A DNA stretch of 64,000 bases from Mantamonas sphyraenae STR306. Taxonomy: Eukaryota; Protista; CRuMs. Both the position numbers and the translations under genes were made by a program. Every line of letters begins with the position of its first letter. Positions within the stretch are counted from its first letter, which is position 1. The stretch covers positions 248,001 through 312,000 of the forward strand of contig JAPMXV010000008.1 in assembly GCA_026936335.1 (NCBI GenBank), in the 5' to 3' direction. Shown here in pieces: positions 21,001-34,335 of this stretch. The notes beneath the pieces are model-generated. The model searched no databases. It was not told where the DNA came from and worked only from the letters and a program-made list of their open reading frames with translations.

Positions 21001-24000
21001 TTCAGCTTGTCAATGCGCTCACGCGCCTTTTCCAGCTGCTTCTGTGCAAGCTTGTACTCTTCCGTGTACTGGCCCAGATTCTTTTCCAATCGCGTGTTCG
21101 TCTTCTTGAACTCCTTCTCGCGCGTGTTCGACATCGACGTCACAGTCTCCAACTCTTTCTCAACTGCTTCCAGCTTTTCCTTCAGCTGCCGTGCGTTCTC
21201 CTGGCTCTTCAGCAGAACCTCTGCATCCTTGCGGTGCTGCTCTGCGCGCAACTTTTCCGCTTCGTCGCCTGCGCTACCCTTGGCCTCTGCAGACTTCTTT
21301 GCCTCCTCGCGCAGCTGGTTCACCTCTTCCACCAACTTTGCCAGCGTCTCTTCCCTTTCTGCCACTGCCTTTTGCGTCGCCTCCACAAACGCCTGAACCA
21401 CCTTTTGCTGTTCCGCCACGGTTTGCTCACTCGCCGCATGACTCTCCTCCAGCTTTGTCTTTACATCTGCTGCGTATGCACTCACCTCTGCAAGTTTGAC
21501 TTGCAGCGTCTCCACCTGCTTGTTGTGCTCCTCCAGCTTTGCATTCAGCGCGGCCGTTGCCTCTTCCTCTTCGCTCTGCTTCTTCTTGGACAACTCGTCG
21601 CTGTTTGCTGCTCCTGCGTTGGCCTTTTCCACAGCTTCCTTCAGCTCTCCCATCCTCTTGTCCAATGCACTCTGCAGCGTCTTGATGTCCTTGCTCATCA
21701 GCTCCGCCTCCTTTTCCATCGCCTCGGCGCTCGCCACCTTGACCTCCATTTCGCTCACTTTCTTCTGTGCCTCGATACGCTGCTGATCTACCTCGTGCAC
21801 CTTGCTCCACGCCTCCTGGGCCTTCTTTGTCGCCTCTGCAGCTGCGTCGTTCAAACGCACAATCTCTGCCTGCAACTCCTTCACGTCTGTGTGCGCCTGG
21901 GTCAACTCGTCCACGGCAGTCTTCAGGTTGTCCGCGGTCGCTTCTGCGTCGCCGGCAACGCTTGCACTGCTCTTGTACTCCTTCTTCGCCAGCTCAGACT
22001 CGTTCCAAGCCTCCACCGTGTCCACTGCCACCTCGGTGACCTCGGCTGCCCCACTGCTCGACGACGAACCCTCGTTGGCACCACTCGTGGGCAGGTCCTT
22101 ACCGTTGGCCACACTAGACTCCAGCTTCAACTCCTCTTCCGTCACCTTGAGCGGTTCCGCAGCTGCACCCGCACCCGAGGACGACCCCTCGCCGCTCGTC
22201 GCAGACGACGCTGCACGTTCCACCTTGGCCAGGGGCTCCACCTTGACACTGCTCACGTCCGGCACCTCTCCCACTTGCGGTTTCTCGGGCAGCTTGGCTA
22301 GCTCTGGCGCAACCACCTCGAGCTTGGGCGGCACCTCCGCCTTGGCCACCTCCTTGCCCTTTTCGGCCTCGCTTCCTTCGGTGCTGCTGGACGCCTCCGC
22401 CTCACCGCCCACCTTGGTCTCCTTCAAAACCTCTTCAAGTTTCAGCTCGTCCAGCTCAAACATCTGCGGGATGTCATTGATCTCCTTGCGCAAATCCTGC
22501 AGCAGCTTCTGTGCCTTGCGCAGCTCATCATCCTTGTTCGCCACCGCCTGCTTGTTCTCGGCAGCCTCTTCCTCGCTCAACTTGATCTGCATTTTCAGCT
22601 TGGCGATCTGCTCCTGCAGATCTTGTTCCAGATGTTCCTTGTCTGCCTTGGCCGTTGCAATGTCCTCTTTCAGGTGCTCCACCTCCATCTTCAGCTCACC
22701 TTCCTGGCTCTTTTTCTGCGCATCGGCATACTTCGTCTCAATCTCCTTGAGCTGCTTCTCCGTCTCATCCAGCCGCTTCTGCACAGACTTCAACTCCGTT
22801 TGGGCGTTCTTTGCCTCTGTTTCGTACGAGCTCGTCGCCTTCAGCGCCTCCTGGTGCTTGCTCTCTGCCGCGCGCACTTCTTCCTGCAGCTTCTCCCTCT
22901 CCTGCGCACCTTCCTTGCGTACTTCCTCCACCTTGCTTTCCAGCGCCTTGCACAGCTCCTGACTGCTTGCCAGCTCCGCTTGCACCTTGACCAGCTCATC
23001 CTTCGCCACCTTAAAGTCGTTCGCACGCGTTGCCTCGTCCACACTCTTTGCCTGCTTCTCAGCTGCAGCCGCCTCCACCTGCCCAGTCAGAGTCTTCACC
23101 TCCACGGCAAGCTTCTCGCACTCGGCTTCCTTGGCACGCATGTGCTCCATCGCCGCCTGCAGGCGCTTGTTCTCCAATGTCAACAGCTCGTTCTTGCGCT
23201 TCACATCATTCGACTCAGTTTCCACGCCCTCCATCTGTTTGCTCAGATCCAGCAGCGCCTGGCTCGACACAGCGCACTCGTCTGCCGCCTCCTTTGCCGT
23301 CTTGACGCTCTCTGTGTACGCCACGCGGAGCTCGTCCAACTGCGTGCTGGTGGCCTTGCCTTCCGCCTCCAGCTGTTGGTAGTGCTGCAACAACTTGTCG
23401 GTCGTCTCCTCCACGCCCTGCAAGCACTTGACGGCCTGGTCGTGCTGGTCGCTCGTCATTGCGTACAATTCCATCAACTTCTTGGTCTCCCACACAAGCT
23501 TCGTGTGGTTCTTTGTAAACTCGCTCATTTCGTGAGTCCTTGCGCTCAGCGTGTCACACACACCCTGAAGCTCTGTCACGTGCTGCGTTTGCTTCTTGCT
23601 CGACTCCACCAACGCCTCGAATTCACCCGTCTGTTCGTCCATGAACACACGGTACCCGTCGATGCTTGCCTTCTGCTCTTCGCTGGTCGCAGTCACCTCC
23701 TGCAGCGCCTTGCTCAAACGCGCCTGCTCCTCCTTCAGATCCGCAAACTCGCTCGTCAGCACCATATGCTTCTCCTTCAATTGCGTCAGGTCGTTTGTGC
23801 GCTCCTCTGTCGCCTGCTGCTCGAGCTTGTAGTCTTCCGTCAGCTTGTTCAGCGCCTCGCCCACCTGCTCCTTGGCCGCACTGATCATCTGCACGTGTTC
23901 CTTCAGCTCCACACTGGCCTCCTTAAGTGCCTCGTGCTGCGTCGCAAGTGCCGACAGCTGTTCCGACGTCTCATTGTGCTCCTTGCTCTGCTCCTTGAAG

Positions 24001-27000
24001 GCCGCCTGCACCTTGTGATGCGACGCAAGGAACTCGCTCAAGAAGCGCGTGTGCTCTTCAAACTGCACGTTTTCCTCCTTCTGCACACGCTCCATCTCCT
24101 TGATCTGTGCCGTGTTGCTCTCCAACACCCCACGCAGCTTCTCTGCATATTGCCGCAGCTGCTCGTGTGCATCCGCCTGTTGGCTCATTGCCTCGTTTGC
24201 GCCGACAAACTCCTTGTTGAGGCCCTCCTTTGCACGCTGTACCTCCTCCAGGTGTTCGCGCAGCTCATTGTGCAGCTTTGCAAACTCGCGTTGCTTCTCG
24301 TTGGACTGGTTCAGCGCCCGAGTTTGCTCCACGTACTCCTGTTGCAGCTTATCGTACGCTTCACGCAGTCGCTCCTGTTCGTCCACAGAATCACTAAACG
24401 TTTGTGCCACCATGCGCTGCTCCTTGGCCATCTCATCGTTGTCTGCGGTCACCTTGCGCAGCGCCTCGGTGGTCTGCCGCAGGTGCTTAGACTGTTCTGC
24501 ATGCGCACGCATAAACTCTTCCACAAACACACTCATGTTTTCGTGGTCCTTGGTCAACTGGGCCTGCGCCTCGGTTTGCGCCTCGTGCAACACAATCAGG
24601 CGCTCGTGCTTCACGTTCATGCCTCCGTGCTTCTCCTTCTCGTCGCGCAGCTCCACGTTCACTTCCGAAAGGCGCTGCTGCAGGTATGCATAGTCGCGGC
24701 CACTCAGCTCCAGTTCGTTCACCAAGTTGCTGTGCTTCTTGCCCAGCATCTCGTGTTCCTGTCGCAGTTCATCCATTGCTTGCTGCATCTTTGTCAACTG
24801 CTCCTGTTGCTCAAGCTGCGCCTTTTCTGCAGCCTCGACACTGCTCTGCAACTTGCCCTGGGTCTCGTCCAACGCCTTGTTTGTCGCCACAACCTCGCTG
24901 TGACTCTGCACCATCTTGCCCAGCTGCTTGTCCGTCGCACGATACTCGTCCACCAGTTCCGTGTACTCACGAGTCAGCTCACCATGCAGCTGCGCCAATT
25001 CGCTGTACTCCTTCAGCTGTTTGCGCTGCTCCTCGCTCAGGCGATCGAATCGTTCGCGCAGTTGGCCGTGGTCCAGTTCCAAAGCCCGGTGTGCGTTGGC
25101 AAGCTCCGTGTGTTGGTCCGTCAGTGCCTGCTTCTCCTTGCCCAAAAGCGTGTGCTTGTCCGTCATGTGGTCCACCATCGACTGCAAGCGTTCGTTTTCC
25201 TGTGTCAACTCGCGTGTTTGAGCCCCCATCGCCACATGCTCGTCCGTCAGCGTGCTGTGCGTTGCACTCAGCTCCTCGTGCTTCTTGCGTAGCTCTTCGT
25301 TGCTGCGCACCAGCGCCTCGTACTCGCGACGCAGATCCGCATGCCTCTTTACCAGCCCGTTCGTTTCGCGGCCCAGTGCCTCCATCTCTTGCACGGCGGC
25401 GCGATGCGCACTGGTCAGCGAGCTCTGCTCGTCTGCCAGACGCGAGTGGTCTGCAGACAGACGCGCGTGCTCGTTCTCCAGCTGCGCCATCTCTCCTCGC
25501 GTGCGGTCCAACTCCACCGTCATCGATCGTTTCTCCGCCACCACGCTGTTACGCTCCTCGTTTACGTTCCAGAACTCGTTTCGCAGCTCACGGTGCTTCT
25601 CCGTCAGGTGTTGGTGCTCCTCCGTCAGCTCCTCGTGGTCCGTGGTAACCTTGTTCAGGCGCTCACTCAGTCGCCGGTGCGTGTCGTTCAGCATCGTGTA
25701 CGCCTCGCTCAGCGCACCATGCTCTTGCACAAGCTTGTCGTTTGTGCCCACCAGAGCCGTGTGTTCGTCACTCAACTGCTTCTGCATCGCCGCCACCTCG
25801 CCCAGTTCCGAGCGCACCTTGTCCAACTCCTTTGTCAGCCGCTTGCATTCCGCAAACACACGCGTCTGCTCCTGATCCACAGACTTCAGGTCCACCGCCA
25901 ACATGTCGTGCGCCGTGCGCAGACGGTCGTACTCGCCGCGAAGCTTGTCGCTGTCTCGCGCCGCCTCTTCCACATTGATCGTGGCCGATCGCAGCGCAGT
26001 CTTCATCTCCACGTACTCGCTCTGCAGGTTTGTAAACTCGCTTTGAAGCGCGCGGTGCTGCATCTCCTGACGTGCCAACCTGTCGCTCGTGCTGTTCTGC
26101 TCGTCTACCAGCCTGCGGTGAGCTGCCACCAGTCGCTGGTTCGACTCGGTCAGAAGAGTGTGGTCCGAGCGCAAGTCTCTGTGCTTGTCCTGCAACAACC
26201 TGTGCTCGTCCGTCAGTTGTGTGTGGCTGCTGTTCAGCGTTGTCAGGTCGCTGTTAAGCTGCGCGTGTGCTCGCGCAAGTTCGCGCGATTCCTTGGCTTG
26301 CTTCTCGTGCGCGCTCGTCAGTTGCTGCAGCTGCAAAAACACCTTTGTGTTCTCTGTGTTCATCTCACGCTGCTCGTCCTCCAGCCTGTCATACGCCGCC
26401 ACAACCTCGGTGTAATCGCTGTGCAAGCGCGCATACTTGCCGTTCAACACCTTCAGGTCCCGTGTCATTCCTTCGTACTCGCGCACCATGCGCACGTGCT
26501 CCTCCTCCTTCATCTGCGACATGTTGCTGCTCAACGAGCGGATCTCTTCCTGCGCACGCCCGTAGTCGCGGTTCACATCTTCCAGCTGCGTCACCACATC
26601 GTGGTGTTCCTTGCGCAGACGCATGTGGTCCCCACTGAGCTTGTTCTGCACTTCAGTGACATGCTGCAGCTCATCGCGCAGGCTATCTCGCGTTGCACAC
26701 GCCCCTTCGTGTGCCTCACGCAGGCGTTCGTACTCGCGCGTCAGCTCGCCCAGCTTGCTGTTCACCTTGTCAAACTCCCTGTTGACCCCCTCCATCGTTT
26801 GCATGTTCACGCGCATCTCTTCGCGCACTCCGTCGTACTCGTTCTTCAGCGAACGGTGCTCCTCCGTCAGCGACTGCTGCGCACGCGTCAGCTTGCCGTG
26901 TTCCAGCGTCAGCTTGCTGTGTTCGCCGTTCAGCGTGCGCAACTCCTGCACAACCATATCCCTGGCCCTCGTCAGCTGGTTGTTCTCCATCACAGACAGG

Positions 27001-30000
27001 TCGTGCTCCTCCTGCAGCGCCTCGAGTTTGTCGCGTGTTGCACGCAGCTCCGATGTCGTCCCTTCCAGCGCCGTCGCCATGCGCAGTTGCTCCTTCTTCA
27101 GCGCACGCAATTCTACCTGTGCCCGTTCAAAGTTCTCCTCCAGCGCGCTGTGGTCGTCCGTCAGCTTGCGCGTCTTGTCGCTCAGCGACGTGTGCTCCCT
27201 CTCCTTGGCCACCTTGGCGCTCTCCACCGTGTTCAACTCCTTCATCACTCCCTGGTGCTCCAGCTCCAGCGCATGCAGTTGTTCCTGCAGGTTGGTCGCC
27301 TTGGACTGCCACTCTTCCACCTTTCGCCCGCGTTCCTCGTTTTCGCGCGACACGTTCTTCAGCTCCAGCGCCGTCTTGCGCAGGTCTGTACGCAATTCGT
27401 TCGCCTCTGTCACAAGCTTCTCGTGCGCCTCCTGTGCACGCTTGCTCTCCTCCTCCAGACTGGCCACCGTATCCTGCAGCTGTGCAATTTCCTGCACCTT
27501 CTTGGCCACCGTGCTCTGCTCGTTCTCCAGCGACATCGCCGTCTCCACCTGCTTTTGCTCCGCCGCCTTCAGCTCGTTCTGGGTCTTTTCCAGTTCCAAC
27601 CGCACAGCTTCTTCCTGTGCCGACTTGTTCGCCAGCTTGTTCTGTACATCTTCCACGTCCTTGCTCAGCTCTGTCACGCGGCTCGCCGCTTCGTCTCGCT
27701 CCCTGTTCAGCGCAACCAGATCTGCCGTCAGCTTGCCGTTGGCCGTCACCTGCTCGCTGTGCTCCTTCTTCAGGAACGCCACTTCTGTCTGCAGCGACTC
27801 CACGCTGGCGGTGGCCTTTGTCTTTTCGTGGTCCAGCAGTTCGATCTGCGACTGCTTCTCACGCAATTCTCCACGCATCTCCGTCATCGCGTCCTTCAGA
27901 CCCACAATCTCGCTGTCGCGGTCGTTCACAAGCACGCGCTGTTCACTCAGCTCCTTCTTCTTCTCCTCCAGTTTGTCCTGCAGCCGCTCCGCATTGCGTA
28001 CCTCGTCCGCATGCTTGCGTTTCCACTCAAACAGGTCCTGTTCCAACCTGCTCTTTTCGCTGCGCACCTGCTCCGCCGCCTGCTCCGTTTCACCCTGCTT
28101 TTCCATCCATTCCTGGATCTCCACGCCCAGCTGTCGGATGCGTTCCTGGTGCTTGTCCACCTGGTGTTGCTCTGTCATCACGCTCATCTTGCTGCCTTCC
28201 AGCGCCTTGTTCAGCTCATCCCGTGCGTTCTCCAGCTCTCGGTAGTCCGCCTTCAGGTTGATCACCTCTGTCTGCAAGCCCTGCTTCTCTGCCAACAGTT
28301 TGCCGTTTGCGTTCACTTCCTCCTTGTACTGACGGTTGCGCTCGTCCAGCTCCCGTTTCAGCATCTTTACGCTTGTTTCGCTCTTTTCGAATTCGTGCGT
28401 CATGTTGGTCAGGTCACGTTTGGTGCCGTCCAGCTCCACGTTGAGTTTGTCCACCTTCTCCTGCATCTCTTGCAGCGCGTGCGCGTCCTCGCGCGATTTG
28501 CTGTGTGCCTTGTCCAGATCATCTCGCAGACCCTGGATATCCACCACGTGGTCGTCGTTCTCCTGTAGCGTCTGCTGCAGTTTCACCTTGAGCTGGTTGC
28601 TCTCGTGCAACAGCGCTTCGTGCCGTTCCTGCAGAGAGTGCTGCTCGCCCGCTGCCTTCATCATGACCTCGGACATCTTGCTCTCGCTGTTGCGTCGCAT
28701 GCGCGTCTCGCCTTCCACCCTGCTCTTCATCTCTGTCACCTGCTTGCCCAACATCTTGTTCTCGCGCAACAGCTGCTGGTTCTCTTCCAACGCGTGGTCG
28801 AGCTTCTCGTTGACCAGATTCACGGCCTCTGTGATTTGTCGTTGCAGCGATGTCTTTTCGCTCACCAGCATCTTGATCTTCTCTGCCAGCACGCGTTCGT
28901 TGTCTTGTCGCAGCTCGTGCTCGTTGTCGTATTTTGTGCGCAGCTCAGACACCGTCGCCTCCAGGCTACGGTTGTCGTTCACCAGATGGCGAGTGTCGTG
29001 CAGATGCTTCTCGTGCTTCTCAAACAGCGCCTGCTTCTCCGTCATGGCAATTTCCAGCCTGCTGCTCAGGTCGTTGATCGTGCGCTCCGTCTCCTCGCTC
29101 ACGCGCTCAAGCTCCTCTTTCAGCGCACCTGCTTCCCGCGCCTTGGACTTCTTTGTCATTTCCACAAACTTGTTGCGCACCATCATCTTCTTTTGCGTGT
29201 CCGAGAGGCTCTCCACACGACTCTCCAGCTCCTGCACCTGGATCAAGCGCTTCGATTCGTCGCTTTCCAGCTGCTCCACCTTTTGGTTCAGCTCCACCTT
29301 TTCTTCGTGCCAGTGTGTGCGTTCCAACTCCAGCTGCTCTGTCAGCATCATCTCAGCTTCGTGTCCAGCGTGTGTGCCTTGTTGCGCAGCTCCTTGATCT
29401 CTGCCGTCTGCGCGTCCACCTTGCCTTCGCTGGCCTTCAGCTCTTTCTTTGTCTCGTTCAGCTGCTGCTCAAGCGACTTGTTGGTGCCCGTCAGCGTCAG
29501 TGCCTCTTCGTTGGCCTGATGCAGCTGTTCCACGTAGTCTGCTCCCTGTCGCTGGCACTCATCCTTCCAATGTGCCGCCTCGCTGCTGGCAACGCTCAGA
29601 TCCTTCTGCGTGAGCTCCAGAGAGCTGCTGGCCTCTCCATGCTCCTTCTTCAGCTTCTTGTGTGCTGCTCGCAGTTCTTTCAGCTCAGCCTCCATGTTCT
29701 CGGCACGTTCCTTCAGCTGGGCCGAGCTTTCGCGCAACTGGGACAGCTCGATGTTGGCCAAGCCTGTCTCGTCCGTGTACTTGTGTTCCAGTTCGCGCTT
29801 GACTGCCACCATGGTCTTGTGCTCCTCTTCCAGGTCACTGTGTTCCTCCGTCAACTTGTTGAATGCCGCCGTAAGCTGGCTCCAGCGCTCTTCAAATTTG
29901 CGCTGGGTTTCCTCCATCTCCTCCTCCTTCTTCAGGGCTTCTTCGTACTTGCGGCGCAGGCCGATCAGGGCCTGTGTTTGCACGCGGTGGTCTTCCTCGT

Positions 30001-33000
30001 AGCGTTTCTTCATGTCGGCCAGCGCCTGCGCGTTGCCTCGGTTTTCCTTGTCCAGCGCCGTGTGCGCTGCAGTGACCACCTCCAGCTGCTTGCGTGCCGC
30101 CTCCATTTCGTTCTTGTGCGTCTTGCCGCCTTCGAGTGCCTGTCGCAGATGAAGCTGCAGTCCGGCCACTTGCTCCTCGAAGCGGGCCCTCGTGAGTCGC
30201 CAATCTTCCATCTCCTTGGCCAGTGTGCGCTCGGCCTCCTCACGCGCGAGGTCTGCCTGGTGTGCGTCGCGCTTGGCCTTGCTCACGGCGTCAGTCTGGT
30301 TCTGCACCTTGTCCTGCAGTTGCGCCACCTGATGCGCCAGCTCGTCCTTGCCTGTGCTTGTCGCGTGTTGCAGGTGCTTCAGCTTGTCCAGGGCGCTTGA
30401 CAGCTGGCTAACCTTTTCCGTGAGGCCATTGATGGTGCGCTCGGTGCGCTCCTTGTCCTCGGCCAGCCGCTCTTCCAGCGCCGCTTTTTGCTCGGCCATC
30501 TGACCGTGCTCCTTTGCCAGCTTCTCGTTGTGACTGCGCAGATGCACAAGCTCCTTGTGCTCTTTGGCCAGTTCTTCGGCCACCTGCGCCGACTCGCGCT
30601 GCACGCTGTCCATGTCCGTGGCCAGCTTGGAGTGTGTTTCCTGGCCTCGCTTTTGCGCCTCCAACAGCGCCTGTTTGAGCTCCTGCACCTGGCCATTGGC
30701 AGTGGACAGGCGCCACGTCAGCAAAATGGACGACTTGATCTTCTGGCGCCACTTCTGGCGGAAATCACCGGCCTGCAGCTCGAGTTCGTGTTCGCGCTTC
30801 TCGGCCGCCTCAGCCGCTCGTATGGACGCCACCTTGAGGTTGTCCAGCTCCTTTTGTACGGCCTTGCGTGCATCCTCTTCACGCTCCTGGGCCTGCGTCC
30901 ACTCTTCGACGCTTGCCTGCAGGTTGTTGATGGTGCTTGTCATCTGCTTGCGCGCTCGGCCAACCACGTGTCCCGCTCCACATCCATGGCGCGTGCTGTT
31001 TCGTCGGCAGCGGCCTCCAAGTCGGCAATGGTTGCGCGCAGCGTGGTGATCTTCTGGCGCATTTCCGTCTCTGCAACCAGGGTCTCGTTGCTCTGCTCCT
31101 TCATGCGCACTTGCACGCGTTGCATCTCCTCCTTGGCACTGTCGGCCTGCTGCTGGGCAGCCACGGCCGTGCGTTGGAAATCTTCCGCCTGGGTGGTGGC
31201 TGCGCGCAGCTGCTCCTGCAGGTTGATGTTTTCGTTTGTGATCTTGCTGAGCTCGTCTGTGAGCTGGGAGATCTTGGCCATGTTGCGTGCGTTGTGCTCC
31301 TCCATGGTGCTGCGCACTGTGGCCAGGGTCTTTTCCACCTGTTGCTTGTCGTGAAGCACGGTGGATGTGTTGCGGTGCAGAGTTTCGATCTTGGTGGTCG
31401 CCTTGCTGAGCTCCTTGTTCAGGTTGTCGCGCGCCTTGATGTACTCCTTGAGCTTGGACTTTTGCTCGCCCAGAGCCGTCTCCAGCCTTGCACGCTGCTT
31501 GACTTCCTGCTCATACTTGCGGTTGAGCTCGTCCAGCTGGCGAACACGCTGCTTCTCCGCTCCCTGCGCGTCCGTTGCCTTCTTTTGTGCTTCGCGCAGC
31601 TCGTGCAGCTGTGCATTGCCCCGTTTGACCTCCTGCTCGTACTTGCCTTGCCACTTGGCCGTGTTGCCGCGCTCACGTTCGACGTCGGTGAGCGCCCGCT
31701 GCAGCTGCATCTTGAGCTCAGCCACCTCGTGCGCGTGTGCACGTTCCTTGGCCACCTGAGCTGTGCCCTGCGACTTGAGCAGCTGCTGGGTTTGCTTGTG
31801 CTCAGCGTTGGCCTTGCTCAGCTGGTCGGCCAGGTCTGCGGCGTGAGCTGCGTTCTTGTCACACGCCGCGGTGATGCGCGCAAGTTCGCGCTCCAGACGT
31901 TGGTTTTCGCGCTCCAATTCCTTGCGCGCTGTGTTGAGGTCGCCCTTTTCGGCGCTGGCCGCCTTTTCCTGTGCACGCAGAGCCAGGTTCCTCTCGTTGA
32001 TCTTGATCTGGCTCTCCTCCAACTCCTTGTGGTAGATCTCTGCCTGCTCCTGTGCGCTGCGCATGGCACGCTGCATGCTCTCCTTGGCCACAGTCTGTTG
32101 TGCAAGCTGGTTGCGTGTCTCTTCCAGGGCCGCGCGCAGCTCCTTGATGTCTGCACTTTGGATCTTGGCGTTCTCCTCGTGCGTCGTGTGCATGGCCTCT
32201 GCCTTGTGGCGCTCTGTCTCCAGAGTGCGCACTGTGTTGTCCAGTTCCTTCTGCAGGTCTGCTGCGCGGTCGCTCAGCAGGTTGCGCTCTTTGTTGACTT
32301 CGTTGTAGCGCTGTTCGAGTTCGTTCAGATTTGTGCGCACGGTGAGGTGGTCGTGCTGCAGCGCAGTGTGCGTGCGCTCCAGGCTCTCAAGCTTGCTGGT
32401 GGCAGCTTCGGCGGCGTTGGTCTCGCGGCGAAGCTGATCCTTGAGCTCCTGCAGGGAATGCATGCCCTCCTGGATCTTGGCCTGGGCGGCCGCAAAGTTT
32501 GCGTCCACTTGCTCGCGTGCACGCTTGGCGTGTTCCACGGCTCCCTCGGAAGCCTTGAGCTTGGTCGCCAGCTGCTTGTTGCTGTTGGCAAAGTGGGTGA
32601 CCAAGGCACTGAGTGTTTCTTGGGCGGAACGCAGATCCGTGCCCTTGACCTTGCGTGTCAGGCTGACAGGCAGTGCGGCCGAGGACGATGCGCCCGACGA
32701 CTGTTCACCAGCCAATGAGGCAGCTTCCTCCTGCAGGGAGTGGACAAAGGTCATGAAGCTGCTGATGCTCTTCTGGGCGTTTGTGCGCTGGCGTTCGGCG
32801 TTGTCAACCTCAAACTGCAGCTTCTTGTAGTCTTGGCTGGCCTGGGCCAACTCGTCCTTGAGAGAGGCGGCCAGTCGCTCGGTTTGCTCCAGTTTCTCGC
32901 GCTTGCGCTGCAGCTCCAGGCTCAGCGCATCGCGCTCTCGTTGCAGCCCACCGACGTCCGCCTGCAGACGCTGGTTCTCAGCGGTGCTCTGGAGTGGTGC

Positions 33001-34145
33001 GCGAAGGAGGAGGCGCAAGGGTACGCGGCCACAATGTGGATTTTGGTGAGTGAGTGTGAGGGCGCGTGTGAGCGTGTGCGAGGGTGGACGGGGGGAAATT
33101 TTTGACATGGGCGACAAAAGGACCGTGTGTACAGGGTGGAGTGTGGCGGAGGGCCAATGGATGGCCTGCACAAAGGGAGATGCAGAGTCGCTGTGGATTG
33201 GATGTGCGTGTGGACAAAGGGTCCGGGGCTGGTTCGGGATGGAGGGGCGGGTTGGGCGCATGTGGCCGTTGGCCGCGTCGGACAAAGATTGCAAAAGGGG
33301 CAAGGAAGGGCCGGAACTCACCTTGTTGAGGTCGTTCTTGATCTGGCGGTATGCCAGGCGCTCATTCTCGAGGGTAATGTCACGCTCATTGAGGGTGGCG
33401 GCGTACTGGTCTCGCTGGTTGATGGTGGCCTCGAGCTTATCTGAAAGGGCCTTGATGGAGCGACGGTGCTCCTCGTTTTCCTTCTCGCGTGTCTGGTTGA
33501 GGCTGGTGTTGTTGTAACTGAGCGAGTGGTTGGTTGCTTCCATGGCCTTGAGGCTGTCCTGGTCGGCATTGACCTGCTCCTCAAGCTGCAGGATGACCTG
33601 AGAGGCCTCTTGCAGTTTGCTGCGAAGCGACGTGTTTTCAGCCACGACTCCGTCCAGAGTTTCCTCCAGGCCGGCCTTTTCGGCGTGGGTGTTGCGCAGC
33701 TGATCCTTCAAAGATGCAGCTCCACCTGTGATGTGCACACGAGGTGGCGAGCGCGACGAGTCACCGTAGGTGAACGAGTTGGGGCTGCCGCGTGACGAGG
33801 CAGAGGGGCTCGAGGGCGAACTTGCGCGCAACGAGCTGTAGCTGCTGCTCAGGGAGCTTGCCGTCGAAGCACGCGTCTTTGCAGATTTCAGCGCGCGTCG
33901 GCGCCGTTGTTGCAGTTGCTGCTTCCGGGTTTCCGTCTCCTGCATCATCTGAAGCAAGCGAGAATCGGTTTCGCCTTCGCCATCTGCACGGAAAATCACC
34001 AGGGGGTGCGCCAGCGTGACACGCATCGAGTGCACAGCAAGTGTGTGTGTGTGAGTGATGTGCAGGCAAAAGGCGTGACTAAGAAGCGGGGGCGTGCAAA
34101 CGTACATGACGATGCCGAGCCGAGGCTACTGCTGAGATCGCTCAT
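18075..34145 (-). CDS. Giant (~5,200 aa) coiled-coil protein with C-terminal RasGEF_N + CDC25 RasGEF domains; two introns and two apparent frameshifts (~30950, ~29355)
   Basis: GSVNRLVEY, MAYRDFMS, RVVNVFKVWL (REM domain); [51 protein letters not shown] (CDC25 domain). Heptad-rich ORFs 30940-34107, 29348-30967 and 18075-29351 overlap end to end. First exon MSDLSSSLGSASS at 34145; in-frame intron 33321-32989. Confidence 0.85.
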
Positions 34146-34335
34146 CGAGGCAGAAGGGTGCTTTCGGGTTGGGTCGGTGCGGGCGACATGTGGGGCAGGG
34201 AAGCCACTTGTGTGGGAGAACGGCAGCAGAAGCGAGGGATGTGAGGGATGAAGGAGGGGCACATGGACAGAGTCGAGGGCATGACGAGATGTGATGGAGG
34301 AAGGACCGCCAACCACCCCAACACAAAACTCGCCC

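Noticed and set aside
19965-32718. Long plus-strand ORFs (778, 889, 1075, 593 aa and others), also 46108-48039 on the minus strand
   Set aside because: Antisense shadows of strongly codon-biased real genes, with unnatural Leu/Ser/Arg-rich composition.
32989-33321. Pro/His-rich insert in the giant coiled-coil protein, and similar inserts at 59-133 and in the kinase ORF
   Set aside because: These are stop-free in-frame GT-AG introns read through by the ORF finder.
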